The notes beneath the pieces were generated by a model. It saw nothing but the letters and a program-made list of their open reading frames with translations, was not told where the DNA came from and ran no database searches. A DNA stretch of 59,491 nucleotides from an uncultured Anaerolineaceae bacterium (GTDB taxonomy: Bacteria; Chloroflexota; Anaerolineae; Anaerolineales; E44-bin32): contig CAZJUE010000001.1 of NCBI GenBank assembly GCA_964549025.1, forward strand, positions 1-59,491, in the 5' to 3' direction. The translations under genes were made by a program, and so were the position numbers. Shown one piece after another: positions 11,605 to 20,780 of this stretch. Every line of letters starts with the position of its first letter. Within the stretch, counting starts at the first letter, position 1.

Positions 11605-12720
11605 ATGGATGGTCGGCAGCAAAGCGCCGGAACCGCGGAATCCATTGCCGGCAAGCTACTGGCTTGGTATCGGGAGCATGCCCGCCCGCTTCCTTGGCGC
11701 CGCACCCAGGATCCGTATGCCATTTGGGTAGCGGAGGTCATGCTGCAGCAGACCCGGGTGGAGGCGGTGCGTCCCTACTACCAGGCCTTTCTGCGTCGCT
11801 TTCCCACGTCGGAGGCGCTGGCAGAAGCGCCGCTGGATGCGGTATTGAGAGTGTGGGAGGGCATGGGCTACTACGCTCGTGCCCGCAACCTGCACCGCGC
11901 TGCTCAGTTGGTGGTCGAACGCCACGCTGGCGAATTGCCTTCCGAACGGAAGCAGTTGCTCGCACTGCCCGGTATTGGCGAGTACACCGCTGCTGCGCTG
12001 CGTTCAATCGCCTTCGGCGCCGACGAGCTGGCGCTGGAGGGAAACCTGCGTCGGGTGTTGTCCCGCCTGTTTGAAATGCGCCAGGATCCGCGCTCACCGG
12101 CCGGTTCCCAGGAGCTGCAACGGCTCGGCGAATCGATCCTGCCGCCTGGGCGTTCGTCGGAGTTCAATCAGGCGCTGATGGACTTGGGAGCGACGGTGTG
12201 CACGCCGCGCTCCCCGAGTTGCGAACAGTGCCCGCTGAACGACGACTGCCAAGCTTACCGCCATGGAACGCAGGCCGAATTGCCCCAGCGTCGGCCGCGT
12301 GCGGAACTGCCGCTGCGGCAGGCGGTGGCGGCGATCTGGGAACTTGACGGCAAGGTGCTGATCGAGCGTCTGCCGCCTGATGGCTTGTTGGGTGGGCTAT
12401 GGGCCTTCCCGGGTGGATTCTTGGAGCGGTCCGAGTCGCCGGTGGAGGGGCTACGGCGCACACTTGCCGATCGGCATGGAATCCAGCTGCTTGAATACCT
12501 GGCATTGCCCAGCCTGGAGCACAGCTTCACCCACTTCCGGCTGCGGCTGTATCCGTACCATTGTCAGGCCACCATCAAAACAGGAGCAACGGACGGCAAC
12601 GACCCACCCCGCGCGGTGCGAGAGACCGACGACCTGCTGTGGGTTGAGCCGAGGCGGCTTGAGCACTATCCAATGGGTAAGCTGGATCGCCAGCTGGCTG
12701 CCGAGCTGTCCCTTCAGTAA
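11605..12720 (+). CDS. mutY: A/G-specific adenine DNA glycosylase
   Basis: WVAEVMLQQT, HhH motif LPGIGEYTAAA, 4Fe-4S cluster CTPRSPSCEQCPLNDDC and a C-terminal NUDIX-like domain. Confidence 0.9.
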   Translation: MDGRQQSAGTAESIAGKLLAWYREHARPLPWRRTQDPYAIWVAEVMLQQTRVEAVRPYYQAFLRRFPTSEALAEAPLDAVLRVWEGMGYYARARNLHRAAQLVVERHAGELPSERKQLLALPGIGEYTAAALRSIAFGADELALEGNLRRVLSRLFEMRQDPRSPAGSQELQRLGESILPPGRSSEFNQALMDLGATVCTPRSPSCEQCPLNDDCQAYRHGTQAELPQRRPRAELPLRQAVAAIWELDGKVLIERLPPDGLLGGLWAFPGGFLERSESPVEGLRRTLADRHGIQLLEYLALPSLEHSFTHFRLRLYPYHCQATIKTGATDGNDPPRAVRETDDLLWVEPRRLEHYPMGKLDRQLAAELSLQ

Positions 12721-12833
12721 CAGCCCAATTGCAGCTGCGCGCCCCGCGCTGTGGGTGGTCGGGTCTCTCTCCACTCCTTAATGAAGAGTCATAGGGTCGC
12801 CGTGATAGAATCGCCTACTCGTCGGTACCCCTA

Positions 12834-14153
12834 ATGCGGCGGCTGTTCCTATCGATATCGATTCTGTTGTCGGGCCTGTTGGTGGCCTGTTCCTCAAGCG
12901 GAATCCGCCTGCCGCAAAGCCCTCTCACCGCTGCACTGGAGCGAAAAAGCGGCCTGATCGCATTCGTTGGCCCGGATGGCAACGTTTACACCATCGATCA
13001 AGGCGGCGGCAATCTCACCATGCTCACCGATGATGCACATCCCATGGAAGACGGGGTATCGCTTTTTTACCAGTACCCCACCTGGTCCCAACGGGATAAC
13101 CGGCTGGCCTTCATCCGGCGGGAGGTCACCGAAGACGGGCAAGCCGAATCCAGCATTTTCGCTACCCAAGCCGATGCGGAAGGCCCGATCGAGATCTTCG
13201 CCAGCCGCGAGCAACACCCGATCTACCTCTACTGGTCGCCCAGTACTGAATGGGTGAGTTTCCTGAGCTCGCTACCCGGCTCAGACTCGCTGGCTATGCA
13301 ATTGGCGCCGGCGGCCGGCGGGGAAATCGAAGTGATCGATACCGGGAGTCCTTTCTATTGGGATTGGGCGCCGCACGGGATGGAAGTGATGGCGCACGTC
13401 GGTGGATCGGCGGCGTCGAATCCGGAAGGGGCGAAACTTTCGCTGCTGCAAATCGACCCAGTGGTGCGGGAGGTTGGGCTGGGGATCCAGCCCACCCAAT
13501 TCCAGGCCCCGGCATACTCGCCGGATGGCGAGTACGTCATGTTGGCCGGGGACGGCGGCGGGCAATCCCAGCTCTTGCTGACCAACCCTAACGGCATCGT
13601 GGTGGACTCCCTGATTGATTTCGACGGGAGCGTGGCGTTTGCCTGGTCGCCCCGGGACAATGTGGCAGCGGTGGTCACCGCAGAACCGGGAGCCAGGCTG
13701 CCGATCGGCCGACTGAGCTTCATGGATCTGCGCAATCCGGCCTCCCCGGAGACGATCAACACCGAAGCGGACCAGGTGCTGGGGTTCTTCTGGGCTCCTA
13801 ATGGCAGGGAGTTGGCCTATTTTGTGGTTCAGGTAGTCGAGAGCGAAGGCAGCGCCGATGGCTCTGAATCCGGGAGCCCGATCGTATTCCTCGAGCTGTA
13901 CGTGGCGGATTCCCGAAGCGGCGAGAGCGAGCGCATCTGGCTCTTTCGACCGACCGCGCCGTTCCTGGACATGCTGGTGTACTTCGACCAGTATCAGCGC
14001 TCGAGCACCATATGGTCGCCCGACAGCAATTACCTGGTGGTTCCGGTCGTGCTGGAGGACGATCGGCAGGGCTTGGCCATCGTGCGGTCATCCGGCGGTT
14101 TCGAACCGAGGCTGTTGATCGAGGCTCAGCTGGGGGTGTGGTCCTGGGAATAG
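12834..14153 (+). CDS. Lipoprotein with TolB/DPP-IV-like beta-propeller repeats
   Basis: Lipobox LLVAC. Repeated blade motifs YWSPS, WAPHG, YSPDG, WSPRD, WAPNG and WSPDS. Confidence 0.6.
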   Translation: MRRLFLSISILLSGLLVACSSSGIRLPQSPLTAALERKSGLIAFVGPDGNVYTIDQGGGNLTMLTDDAHPMEDGVSLFYQYPTWSQRDNRLAFIRREVTEDGQAESSIFATQADAEGPIEIFASREQHPIYLYWSPSTEWVSFLSSLPGSDSLAMQLAPAAGGEIEVIDTGSPFYWDWAPHGMEVMAHVGGSAASNPEGAKLSLLQIDPVVREVGLGIQPTQFQAPAYSPDGEYVMLAGDGGGQSQLLLTNPNGIVVDSLIDFDGSVAFAWSPRDNVAAVVTAEPGARLPIGRLSFMDLRNPASPETINTEADQVLGFFWAPNGRELAYFVVQVVESEGSADGSESGSPIVFLELYVADSRSGESERIWLFRPTAPFLDMLVYFDQYQRSSTIWSPDSNYLVVPVVLEDDRQGLAIVRSSGGFEPRLLIEAQLGVWSWE

Positions 14154-14184
14154 CGGCAAGTCGCCGCACGAATTCCGTGGAATG

Positions 14185-14218
14185 AAAAAGAGGCCGGGTT
14201 TCCCGGCCTCTTTTATTT
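14185..14218. terminator. Bidirectional rho-independent terminator
   Basis: AAAAAGAGGCCGGG-ttt-CCCGGCCTCTTTTATTTT lies between convergent genes. Confidence 0.75.
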
Positions 14219-14236
14219 TGCGAGAGGGAATCGCAG

Positions 14237-16177
14237 CTAGTCTTGCTTGACGTCCTCGTCGGAATCATGCGATTCGGTGGACTTATCGGGAGTTGCGCCT
14301 TCGGGTAGTTCGCTGGCCGCCAACTGCTGACGGCGTTGGTAGGCCAGCCCACTGCGGTTCACCCCCAGTTGCTCCAGCACGCTCTCCATCGCTTCGCCCT
14401 CGTCCACAGCCATCTGCAGGCTGTTCTTGCCCAGGATGTCGATCACTTCTGCGTTCGAAAGTTCGTGTTTCTCGAGCAGCGCCTCGACTAGGGCTTCCAC
14501 CTCGTCGGCGTGCTGGATCAGCGTGCGCTCGACCTGCTCTTCCAGCGACTTCCAGACGTTCTCCACCCGCTCATCCGAGAAGCGCAGCTCCTTGACGTCC
14601 ACGTACAGCTCCGACACCGGCGGGCCGAAGAAGCCCAGCATCGCTAGCTTGCGGAGCTGCATACGGGCGGATTGGAAATCGGAGGTGGCGCCGGTCCAGA
14701 ACTCGCCCATGAAGAGCTTCACGCAGATGTGACCGGCCAGGGCGACCATGATGTCGGCCACGATGCGGCGCAGCGGCTCGCCATAGATTTCGACTGTATC
14801 CACCGGCAGCACATAGCCCATGATGCCGCGGGCGCGTCGCACGATGCTCACCCGCGAGATGCGCTGGTCGGGCATCATGTAATGCTGCAGCACGGCGTGC
14901 CCGGCTTCATGGTAGGCCACTTGACGCAGCTGCAGCGGGTCCATCTCGCGCACCGGATTGGCCATCCCGACGATCTGTTCCTGGATGGCCTGATCGATGT
15001 CCTCCTGGACTACGAGGTCGCGACCCTCGAACAGGGCATGCCGCACCGAATCCTTGGTGATAGCCGACATCACCTGCGCCGGGGTGGCGCGAGGGGTATC
15101 TGCCACGATGGCTTCGATGTCGACTTGCTCTGGATCGTGACGAATCTTGGACAGGTAACCCTCGATGATCGCTCGCCGGCCGGCGCGATCTGGGCGGTCG
15201 ACTTGGATCACCTGATCGAAGCGTCCGGGCCGTAGCAAAGCCGGGTCGAGAATGTCGGGGCGGTTGGTGGAGCCCATGAACAACACGTGCCAGTTGCGCA
15301 CCGGCTGCGGCCGGCCGAGCAGCTTGGCCAGCCTGGCCTTAAGCTTCTCGATCCGGCTGGGTTCACCGATCCCGTCCATCTCGTACAGCAACCGGGTCAA
15401 GGCGCCATTCATCATCATGCCGCCCATCATGCCGCCCATCATGCCGACGCCTTGGTTGGCGCCCTGCACGCCGGAGCGGCTCATACCCACCGCATCGATC
15501 TCGTCAATGTAGGCGATGCAGGCGCCGTATTCACGGGCCAGCTTGCGGGCCTTGCGCACGAAGCTCATCATCTTCAGGGTGTCCATGCCCCAGAACATGC
15601 CGCGGAAGCCGGAGCCCTCCATGGACATGAAGGCCACGCCGGCCTCGCCGGCCATCGCCTTGGCCAACAGCGTCTTGCCGGTGCCCGGCTCGCCTGTGAG
15701 CATCAACCCATTGATGTATTGGCCGCCCATCTTCACGAATTCGTGACGGTCGGCCAGCAGGCTGATCCACTGCTTGACCAGCTGCACCAGGTGCGGCTGG
15801 CCCCAGTAGTCATCGAAGGTGACCGCTTTGGGATCGCCCGGCTTGATGACTACGGTGCGGGTGCGGCTGATGAACCAGAAGAGCGCGCCGAACTGCACCA
15901 CCATGAAAAGCATGGCGAAGACCAGGTTGGCCAGAAAGCCAAGCACCAACCCGATCATGTTCATTACATCGGGGTTCACACGAGTCCAGCCGAGCAGCAT
16001 CAGCGCCAGACCCAGCCACCAGTAGCGGCGGGCGAGGTTGGCCAGGCGGCCTAGAATTTGCCTCGGCAGTGGGCGCGGCCCGAGCTCGATCGAGCGTCGG
16101 CGCTCGGCCTCCGCGAGCCGATCCAGCGGGTCTTGATCTCGAGTACGCCGTGCTGCTACCTGCTTCTGCTCACTCAT
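14237..16177 (-). CDS. FtsH-family AAA+ zinc metalloprotease (divergent paralog)
   Basis: Walker A GEPGTGKT, Walker B YIDEIDAVG, SRH STNRPDILDPALLRPGRFD and zinc motif HEAGHAV. The two N-terminal TM helices are joined by a very short loop. Confidence 0.85.
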   Translation of the reverse strand: MSEQKQVAARRTRDQDPLDRLAEAERRRSIELGPRPLPRQILGRLANLARRYWWLGLALMLLGWTRVNPDVMNMIGLVLGFLANLVFAMLFMVVQFGALFWFISRTRTVVIKPGDPKAVTFDDYWGQPHLVQLVKQWISLLADRHEFVKMGGQYINGLMLTGEPGTGKTLLAKAMAGEAGVAFMSMEGSGFRGMFWGMDTLKMMSFVRKARKLAREYGACIAYIDEIDAVGMSRSGVQGANQGVGMMGGMMGGMMMNGALTRLLYEMDGIGEPSRIEKLKARLAKLLGRPQPVRNWHVLFMGSTNRPDILDPALLRPGRFDQVIQVDRPDRAGRRAIIEGYLSKIRHDPEQVDIEAIVADTPRATPAQVMSAITKDSVRHALFEGRDLVVQEDIDQAIQEQIVGMANPVREMDPLQLRQVAYHEAGHAVLQHYMMPDQRISRVSIVRRARGIMGYVLPVDTVEIYGEPLRRIVADIMVALAGHICVKLFMGEFWTGATSDFQSARMQLRKLAMLGFFGPPVSELYVDVKELRFSDERVENVWKSLEEQVERTLIQHADEVEALVEALLEKHELSNAEVIDILGKNSLQMAVDEGEAMESVLEQLGVNRSGLAYQRRQQLAASELPEGATPDKSTESHDSDEDVKQD

Positions 16178-16208
16178 GGGGAACTCCCTACCTTTAACTT
16201 AAGTTTGG

Positions 16209-16217
16209 ATTGTAGCA
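16209..16217 (-). promoter_or_regulatory. Extended -10 element (TGCTACAAT) for the ftsH-like gene
   Basis: The minus strand reads TGCTACAAT about 32 nt upstream of start 16177, followed by SD GGTAGGGAG. Confidence 0.35.
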
Positions 16218-16259
16218 TTCGGGCCAATTCGACGCTCTCAAGACTCTTCAAACCTTAAT

Positions 16260-17504
16260 CTACTCACCGATCAGCAAGTTCAACGCCGTCCGGATCACCG
16301 GGTCATCGCCGGGCACGATCTCGTCCCAGTCGGCCTCCACCGAAAAGTCAGGGCGCAAGCCGGCCTGGCTGAGGTCCTGGCCGGCGGGCGTGACATACGA
16401 TGACTCGGCGAAAATCAGCAGCGATCCATCGTCCAATGTCTGCCGTCGGAAGCTCAGGATGGCGCCCTCGGTCGGCATGCCTACCAGCGCGGCCCGGCCT
16501 CTGGCCTGCAGCGCGCCGGCGAAGATCTCCGGTGAGCCGCGAGTATCGGGGCCAATCAGGACCACCAGGTCGATGGTTTGCGAGCCACCGATATCGAGCC
16601 CGGCGACCACCACCGGCTGCTCGCTGGTCCGAGAGTAGTAGTAGCCCAGCTCACCATCCGACAGCAACGTAAGCATCTCGGCCAGCGGCCACTGGCCGCC
16701 GGAGCCCGCGATGCGCAGGTCCAGCACCAACCCATCGAGTGGAGGATCCTGTTCGGCGCCGCTTTGCAGCAGGCCGGCCAGCGACTCGGCCACCGAGGCG
16801 TCGGCAGTCACCGGCACCAAGGCGTACGCAACGCTGGGGGTGAGCAAGGCGCCGCGCAGGCCGTCGACGATGGTGACCTGGCCGCGACGTACACGGACCG
16901 CCCGCGGTTCCTGTGCCGGGGAGACGACCTCCAACACCACCTCGGTTCCCGCCGGGCCGCGCACCCGATCGATGACCGCCTGGCCCTCGTCGGCAGTCAC
17001 CGGAATGCCATCCACCGCGTAAATCGCATCGTGAGGCTGCAGGCCGGCCTGCTCGGCCGGCGAGTTCTGAATCACTGACAGCAGGATGATGCGCGAGTTT
17101 GGCTCGCCACGCACGGCAACGAAGGCGCCGATGCCTTCGTAGACCGCGCTGGCCTCCAACTCCGCCTGAATGCGCTCGGCGCGTGAGGTGTATCCGGCGG
17201 TTCCTTCTGGCAGCTGCGATACCAGCTCGCTGAGCGCCTGGCTGAACTGCTGGTCGTCCAAGCCGGCTTCAATCTCGTGACGCACCGCTGCCGACTCCGC
17301 CGACCAATCAACGCCGCCGAGGTCTGCGAACAGATAGTCCGAGCGGATCAACTCAGTCAGCTCCTCCAGCACAGCCAGCTGTTGGCCGGTGACCGCAGCG
17401 GTCGGAGCGATGGTTGGGGTCGCAGGCTCAGCGCCACCGCACCCGGCAAGCACGGCGGCGCCGCCCGAGAGCAATAGCGCGAGTAGGAACTCATATCTGC
17501 GCAT
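16260..17504 (-). CDS. S41-family C-terminal processing peptidase with PDZ domain (lipoprotein)
   Basis: Lipobox VLAGC and PDZ segment ILLSVIQNSPAEQAGLQPHDAIYAVDGIPV, followed by a peptidase domain (TRGSPEIFAGAL). ATG 17504 is preferred over GTG 17525. Confidence 0.78.
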   Translation of the reverse strand: MRRYEFLLALLLSGGAAVLAGCGGAEPATPTIAPTAAVTGQQLAVLEELTELIRSDYLFADLGGVDWSAESAAVRHEIEAGLDDQQFSQALSELVSQLPEGTAGYTSRAERIQAELEASAVYEGIGAFVAVRGEPNSRIILLSVIQNSPAEQAGLQPHDAIYAVDGIPVTADEGQAVIDRVRGPAGTEVVLEVVSPAQEPRAVRVRRGQVTIVDGLRGALLTPSVAYALVPVTADASVAESLAGLLQSGAEQDPPLDGLVLDLRIAGSGGQWPLAEMLTLLSDGELGYYYSRTSEQPVVVAGLDIGGSQTIDLVVLIGPDTRGSPEIFAGALQARGRAALVGMPTEGAILSFRRQTLDDGSLLIFAESSYVTPAGQDLSQAGLRPDFSVEADWDEIVPGDDPVIRTALNLLIGE

Positions 17505-17688
17505 CTCAAATACAATGCCTGGCACTTCGCGATGAAGGGCCTGGGGTTGGATTTAATACGGCGTGGAAGGGTGTTACGTTCATTTTATGGTTTGGGCAAC
17601 CGCTGGCTCAATGGGCCGACAGCGTCACTCGCGCCTGGAAGGCAGGCCGCTACCAAGGTCATGCACAGTGCCCGCGGCGAGCCAAAGG

Positions 17689-18591
17689 TCACTCGAGAAA
17701 TACCTGCGCACCGTGCCGGTCCACCGGTAGCACCAGCCGACGGGCCGCTACCCCGACCTGCTGGAAGGCGGCGACCATCGCGTCGCCGATTAGGGCCAGA
17801 TCGCGCTCAGCCAGGGCGACCAAGCCCGGGCCAGCCCCAGCTAATGCCACCGCCGCCGCCCCTGCCTTCCGGGCGGCCAGGACGACTGCCTTGAAGCCTG
17901 GAATGTGCGGACTGCGGTAGGGCTGGTGCAGGCGGTCGTCCATCGCCTCCGCCAGCAGCGAGAAATCGCCGGCGCGCAGCGCCTCCACCATTAGTGCCGA
18001 CAGGCCGATGTTGAAGGCTGCGTCGCCCAACGGAACGGTCTCGGGCAGGGCTTCCCGCATACGTCGGGTGGGCAGCTCGAGTTCGGGCAACACCGCCACC
18101 AGCTGGTCGATGGCCGGTTCCACGCGGCGGTAGAGCGGCGGATCCCGGCCCGGCCCGACGATCACCAGGCCGCCGAGCAGCGCCGCGGTGACGTTGTCCG
18201 GGTGGCCCTCGAGCTGGGTGGCGAGCGCCAGCAGCTGGGCGTGTGACAGCTCGGTCTCCAGCAGCGCGTCGGCGGCCAGCAATCCAGAGATGATCGCCGC
18301 GGCGGACGAGCCCAGTCCGCTGGCCAGTGGAATACGGTTATGGCAGAGCAGCTCGAGGTCCGGGAGGCGCTTGCCATGCGCGTTGGCAAGCAATTGTGCA
18401 GCCTCGACAATCAGATTGTGGCTGTCGGTCGGGAGCTGTCCCTGGCCTTCGCCTTCCAGACGGAGCCGCAAGCCGCTGTCGCTCGGTGCGGCGCTGAGTT
18501 CATTGTGCAGCTGCACGGCCAGCGCCAGGCAGTCGAATCCGGGCCCCAGGTTGGCGATGGTTGCAGGCGCCCGGATCCGCACGTGTGTCAT
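17689..18591 (-). CDS. thrB: Homoserine kinase
   Basis: GHMP kinase motif PLASGLGSSAAA. 300 aa, adjacent to thrC. Confidence 0.9.
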   Translation of the reverse strand: MTHVRIRAPATIANLGPGFDCLALAVQLHNELSAAPSDSGLRLRLEGEGQGQLPTDSHNLIVEAAQLLANAHGKRLPDLELLCHNRIPLASGLGSSAAAIISGLLAADALLETELSHAQLLALATQLEGHPDNVTAALLGGLVIVGPGRDPPLYRRVEPAIDQLVAVLPELELPTRRMREALPETVPLGDAAFNIGLSALMVEALRAGDFSLLAEAMDDRLHQPYRSPHIPGFKAVVLAARKAGAAAVALAGAGPGLVALAERDLALIGDAMVAAFQQVGVAARRLVLPVDRHGAQVFLE

Positions 18592-18645
18592 GGTTTGCGC
18601 CCTATCCGGCCCTCGGTTTGCCGATTTCCCGCAGCGCCATTCGAG

Positions 18646-19686
18646 TTACTGCGGTTCCAGCAGCGATTCGACGGCGTCCAGCGTCGCCGGAACAGCATGC
18701 ACAGCTGCGGCTGTAGGAACGGTCTCCGGGTCCTTCAATCCGTGCCCGGTGCATACGCATACAACCGTTTGGCCGTCGAGCTGCAACCCATGCTGCACCG
18801 CCTGCCGCAACCCTGCCAGGCCGGCGGCTGAAGCCGGCTCTACCCAGATTCCCTCGCGCGCCAGATCGCGCTGACTTTCCAGGATTGCCGCATCCCGCAC
18901 TGCGACCAGCTGGCCGCCGGACTGTTCCACTGCTTCCAACGCCTGCTCGCCGCGCGCCGGTCGGCCGATACGGATGGCGGAGGCCACGGTCCGCGGATCG
19001 TCAACTGCGCGTCCCTCCACCAAAGGGGCGGCGCCGGCTGCCTGCACTCCCAGCAGCCGGGGTAGCGAGTCGTTCAGGTACTGGCGGAAGCCCATCCAAT
19101 AGGAAGTGATGTTGCCGGCGTTGCCGACCGGCAGCGCCAGCCATCCCGGTGCGGCATCCAGCGCATCACAGATCTCGAACGCGGCGGTCTTCTGTCCCTC
19201 CAACCTGAAGGGATTCAACGAGTTGACCAGCCTCACCGGGCGGCGCTCGGACAGCTGCCGCGCCAGCTCCAGTGCCTGGTCGAACGAGCCTTCCAGCTGT
19301 ACGACGTGCGCGCCGTGGGCTTGCGCGCCGGCCAGTTTGCCAGCTGCGACCGCGCCGGAGGGGAGCAGCACCAAACACTGCAGGCCGGCGCGCGCGGCGT
19401 AGGCAGCGGCGCTGGCAGCGGTGTTGCCGGTGCTGGCGCAGATCACGCTGCGAGCTCCCCGGCTGACCGCCTCACTGATGGCGACCGTCATGCCGCGGTC
19501 CTTGAAGGAAGCGGTGGGGTTCAGTCCTTCGAATTTGATCAGCAGCCGCGCCGCACCGATCTCGTCCGCCAACGCCGGCAGCGGGATCAGCGGCGTATTG
19601 CCCTCCAGCAGCGTGACCGCTTGCGTCTCGCCTGGCAGCTCGATCCACTTTCGATAGCGCTCGATCACCCCGTGCCAGCCCGACAT
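18646..19686 (-). CDS. thrC: Threonine synthase
   Basis: PLP-lysine motif NPTASFKDRGM and GNTAASAAAYAA. 346 aa. Confidence 0.9.
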   Translation of the reverse strand: MSGWHGVIERYRKWIELPGETQAVTLLEGNTPLIPLPALADEIGAARLLIKFEGLNPTASFKDRGMTVAISEAVSRGARSVICASTGNTAASAAAYAARAGLQCLVLLPSGAVAAGKLAGAQAHGAHVVQLEGSFDQALELARQLSERRPVRLVNSLNPFRLEGQKTAAFEICDALDAAPGWLALPVGNAGNITSYWMGFRQYLNDSLPRLLGVQAAGAAPLVEGRAVDDPRTVASAIRIGRPARGEQALEAVEQSGGQLVAVRDAAILESQRDLAREGIWVEPASAAGLAGLRQAVQHGLQLDGQTVVCVCTGHGLKDPETVPTAAAVHAVPATLDAVESLLEPQ

Positions 19687-19821
19687 GGCGGCATTCTAGC
19701 ACCGACGATAGTGGGCGCCCGATCTGCAATACCGAGCAAAACGGTGCATGGGCGAGCAAGCGGCCGACGGTGGGCATGCCCCCTGCGCTGAACCAGACCG
19801 CGCAAATCGCCGAGTTCGGCC

Positions 19822-19850
19822 TTGACAAAGCCCGCTCACTAGATTATTAT
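19822..19850 (+). promoter_or_regulatory. Near-consensus sigma-70 promoter
   Basis: TTGACA (19822-19827), 17-nt spacer, TATTAT (19845-19850), inside an AT-rich island of an otherwise high-GC window. Confidence 0.6.
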
Positions 19851-19870
19851 CTAGCTAGATAATGATCTAG
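19839..19870. promoter_or_regulatory. Two abutting 16-bp palindromic operators (CTAGAT-N4-ATCTAG twice)
   Basis: CTAGATTATTATCTAG followed directly by CTAGATAATGATCTAG. Together they form a 32-bp palindrome with one mismatch that overlaps the -10. Extra CTAGAT-like half-sites occur at about 19867 and 19900. Confidence 0.6.
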
Positions 19871-19927
19871 TAGATAGTTGTCTATTCGATATTTACCGAC
19901 TAGATCAATATTGAACGGAGGTCCGAG

Positions 19928-20152
19928 ATGATACACGATCTACATTCCCTGGCTCGGGCTCGTGAGCGCCAGATCCAGCTTTCGGTCAATGGCCATCGTC
20001 GGGTTGCCCGGCGCAGCCGCCGCCGCAACCGAGCCGCCGCCCTGGTCCGTCGAGCGGCGTGCCGCCTGGGTTCCTGGATGGTGTCGGTTGGCAGACGGTT
20101 GGAGTGCTACGAACTTCCGCTGCTGAGCGAGTCGGATTACGCACGGGGATAG
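19928..20152 (+). CDS. Small Arg-rich basic protein (74 aa), unknown function
   Basis: ATG is preceded by GGAGG at 6-nt spacing. The ORF is framed by the promoter-operator above and a terminator below. I recognise no domain. Confidence 0.5.
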   Translation: MIHDLHSLARARERQIQLSVNGHRRVARRSRRRNRAAALVRRAACRLGSWMVSVGRRLECYELPLLSESDYARG

Positions 20153-20158
20153 CATGAG

Positions 20159-20188
20159 CAGGCCCGGGATAGGCTTCCGGGCCTGTTT
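20159..20188 (+). terminator. Rho-independent terminator after the small ORF
   Basis: CAGGCCCGG-gataggctt-CCGGGCCTG followed by TTTG. Confidence 0.6.
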
Positions 20189-20275
20189 GCTAATGAATCG
20201 CGCTTCGGTGCGCGAGCAGTGGCTGGGTTGACCAGCAACAACGCATCGGCTATCGGCCAGAGGAAGGCACAATAG

Positions 20276-20680
20276 ATGGATCGGCAGCCCCCATTGGACT
20301 TGGAACAGGTACGAGCTTTCGTCATCGCCGGCCACGGCGATCTGGCCAAGACCAAAGAACTGCTGCAAGGCAACCCGGGGTTGCTCAACGCCGCTTGGGA
20401 TTGGGGCGGCGGCGATTGGGAGACCGCACTAGGCGGGGCGGCACACACCGGCAGCCGGGCAGTGGCCAGGTACCTGCTGGAGCAGGGGGCCCGGATGGAC
20501 GTCTTTGCCGCTGCCATGCTGGGTGAGGTCGAAATTGTGAGCGCCCTCTTGGCCGCCCAGCCGCAGCTGGCCAGCGCCGCCGGGCCGCATGGCATCCCGC
20601 TGCTGGCCCATGCTCAAGTCGGCGGGGAGCCGGCCCGTGCGGTGGTTGAGCTGCTGGAAGGGATGATGGTGGCCAAGTGA
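20276..20680 (+). CDS. Ankyrin-repeat protein
   Basis: 134 aa with repeated helix-turn-helix units (ETALGGAAHTGSRAVARYLLEQGARMD, FAAAMLGEVEIVSALLAAQP, GIPLLAHAQVGG), typical of ANK repeats. Confidence 0.72.
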   Translation: MDRQPPLDLEQVRAFVIAGHGDLAKTKELLQGNPGLLNAAWDWGGGDWETALGGAAHTGSRAVARYLLEQGARMDVFAAAMLGEVEIVSALLAAQPQLASAAGPHGIPLLAHAQVGGEPARAVVELLEGMMVAK

Positions 20681-20780
20681 GGCCGATAGTGCGGATTTCC
20701 GGTACTTCGCTCGACGCGCTAGTGGACGGCAGCGCGAGAGAACAACCGGCTTGGAAGGCGAGCCCCCCGGGGAGCTCACG

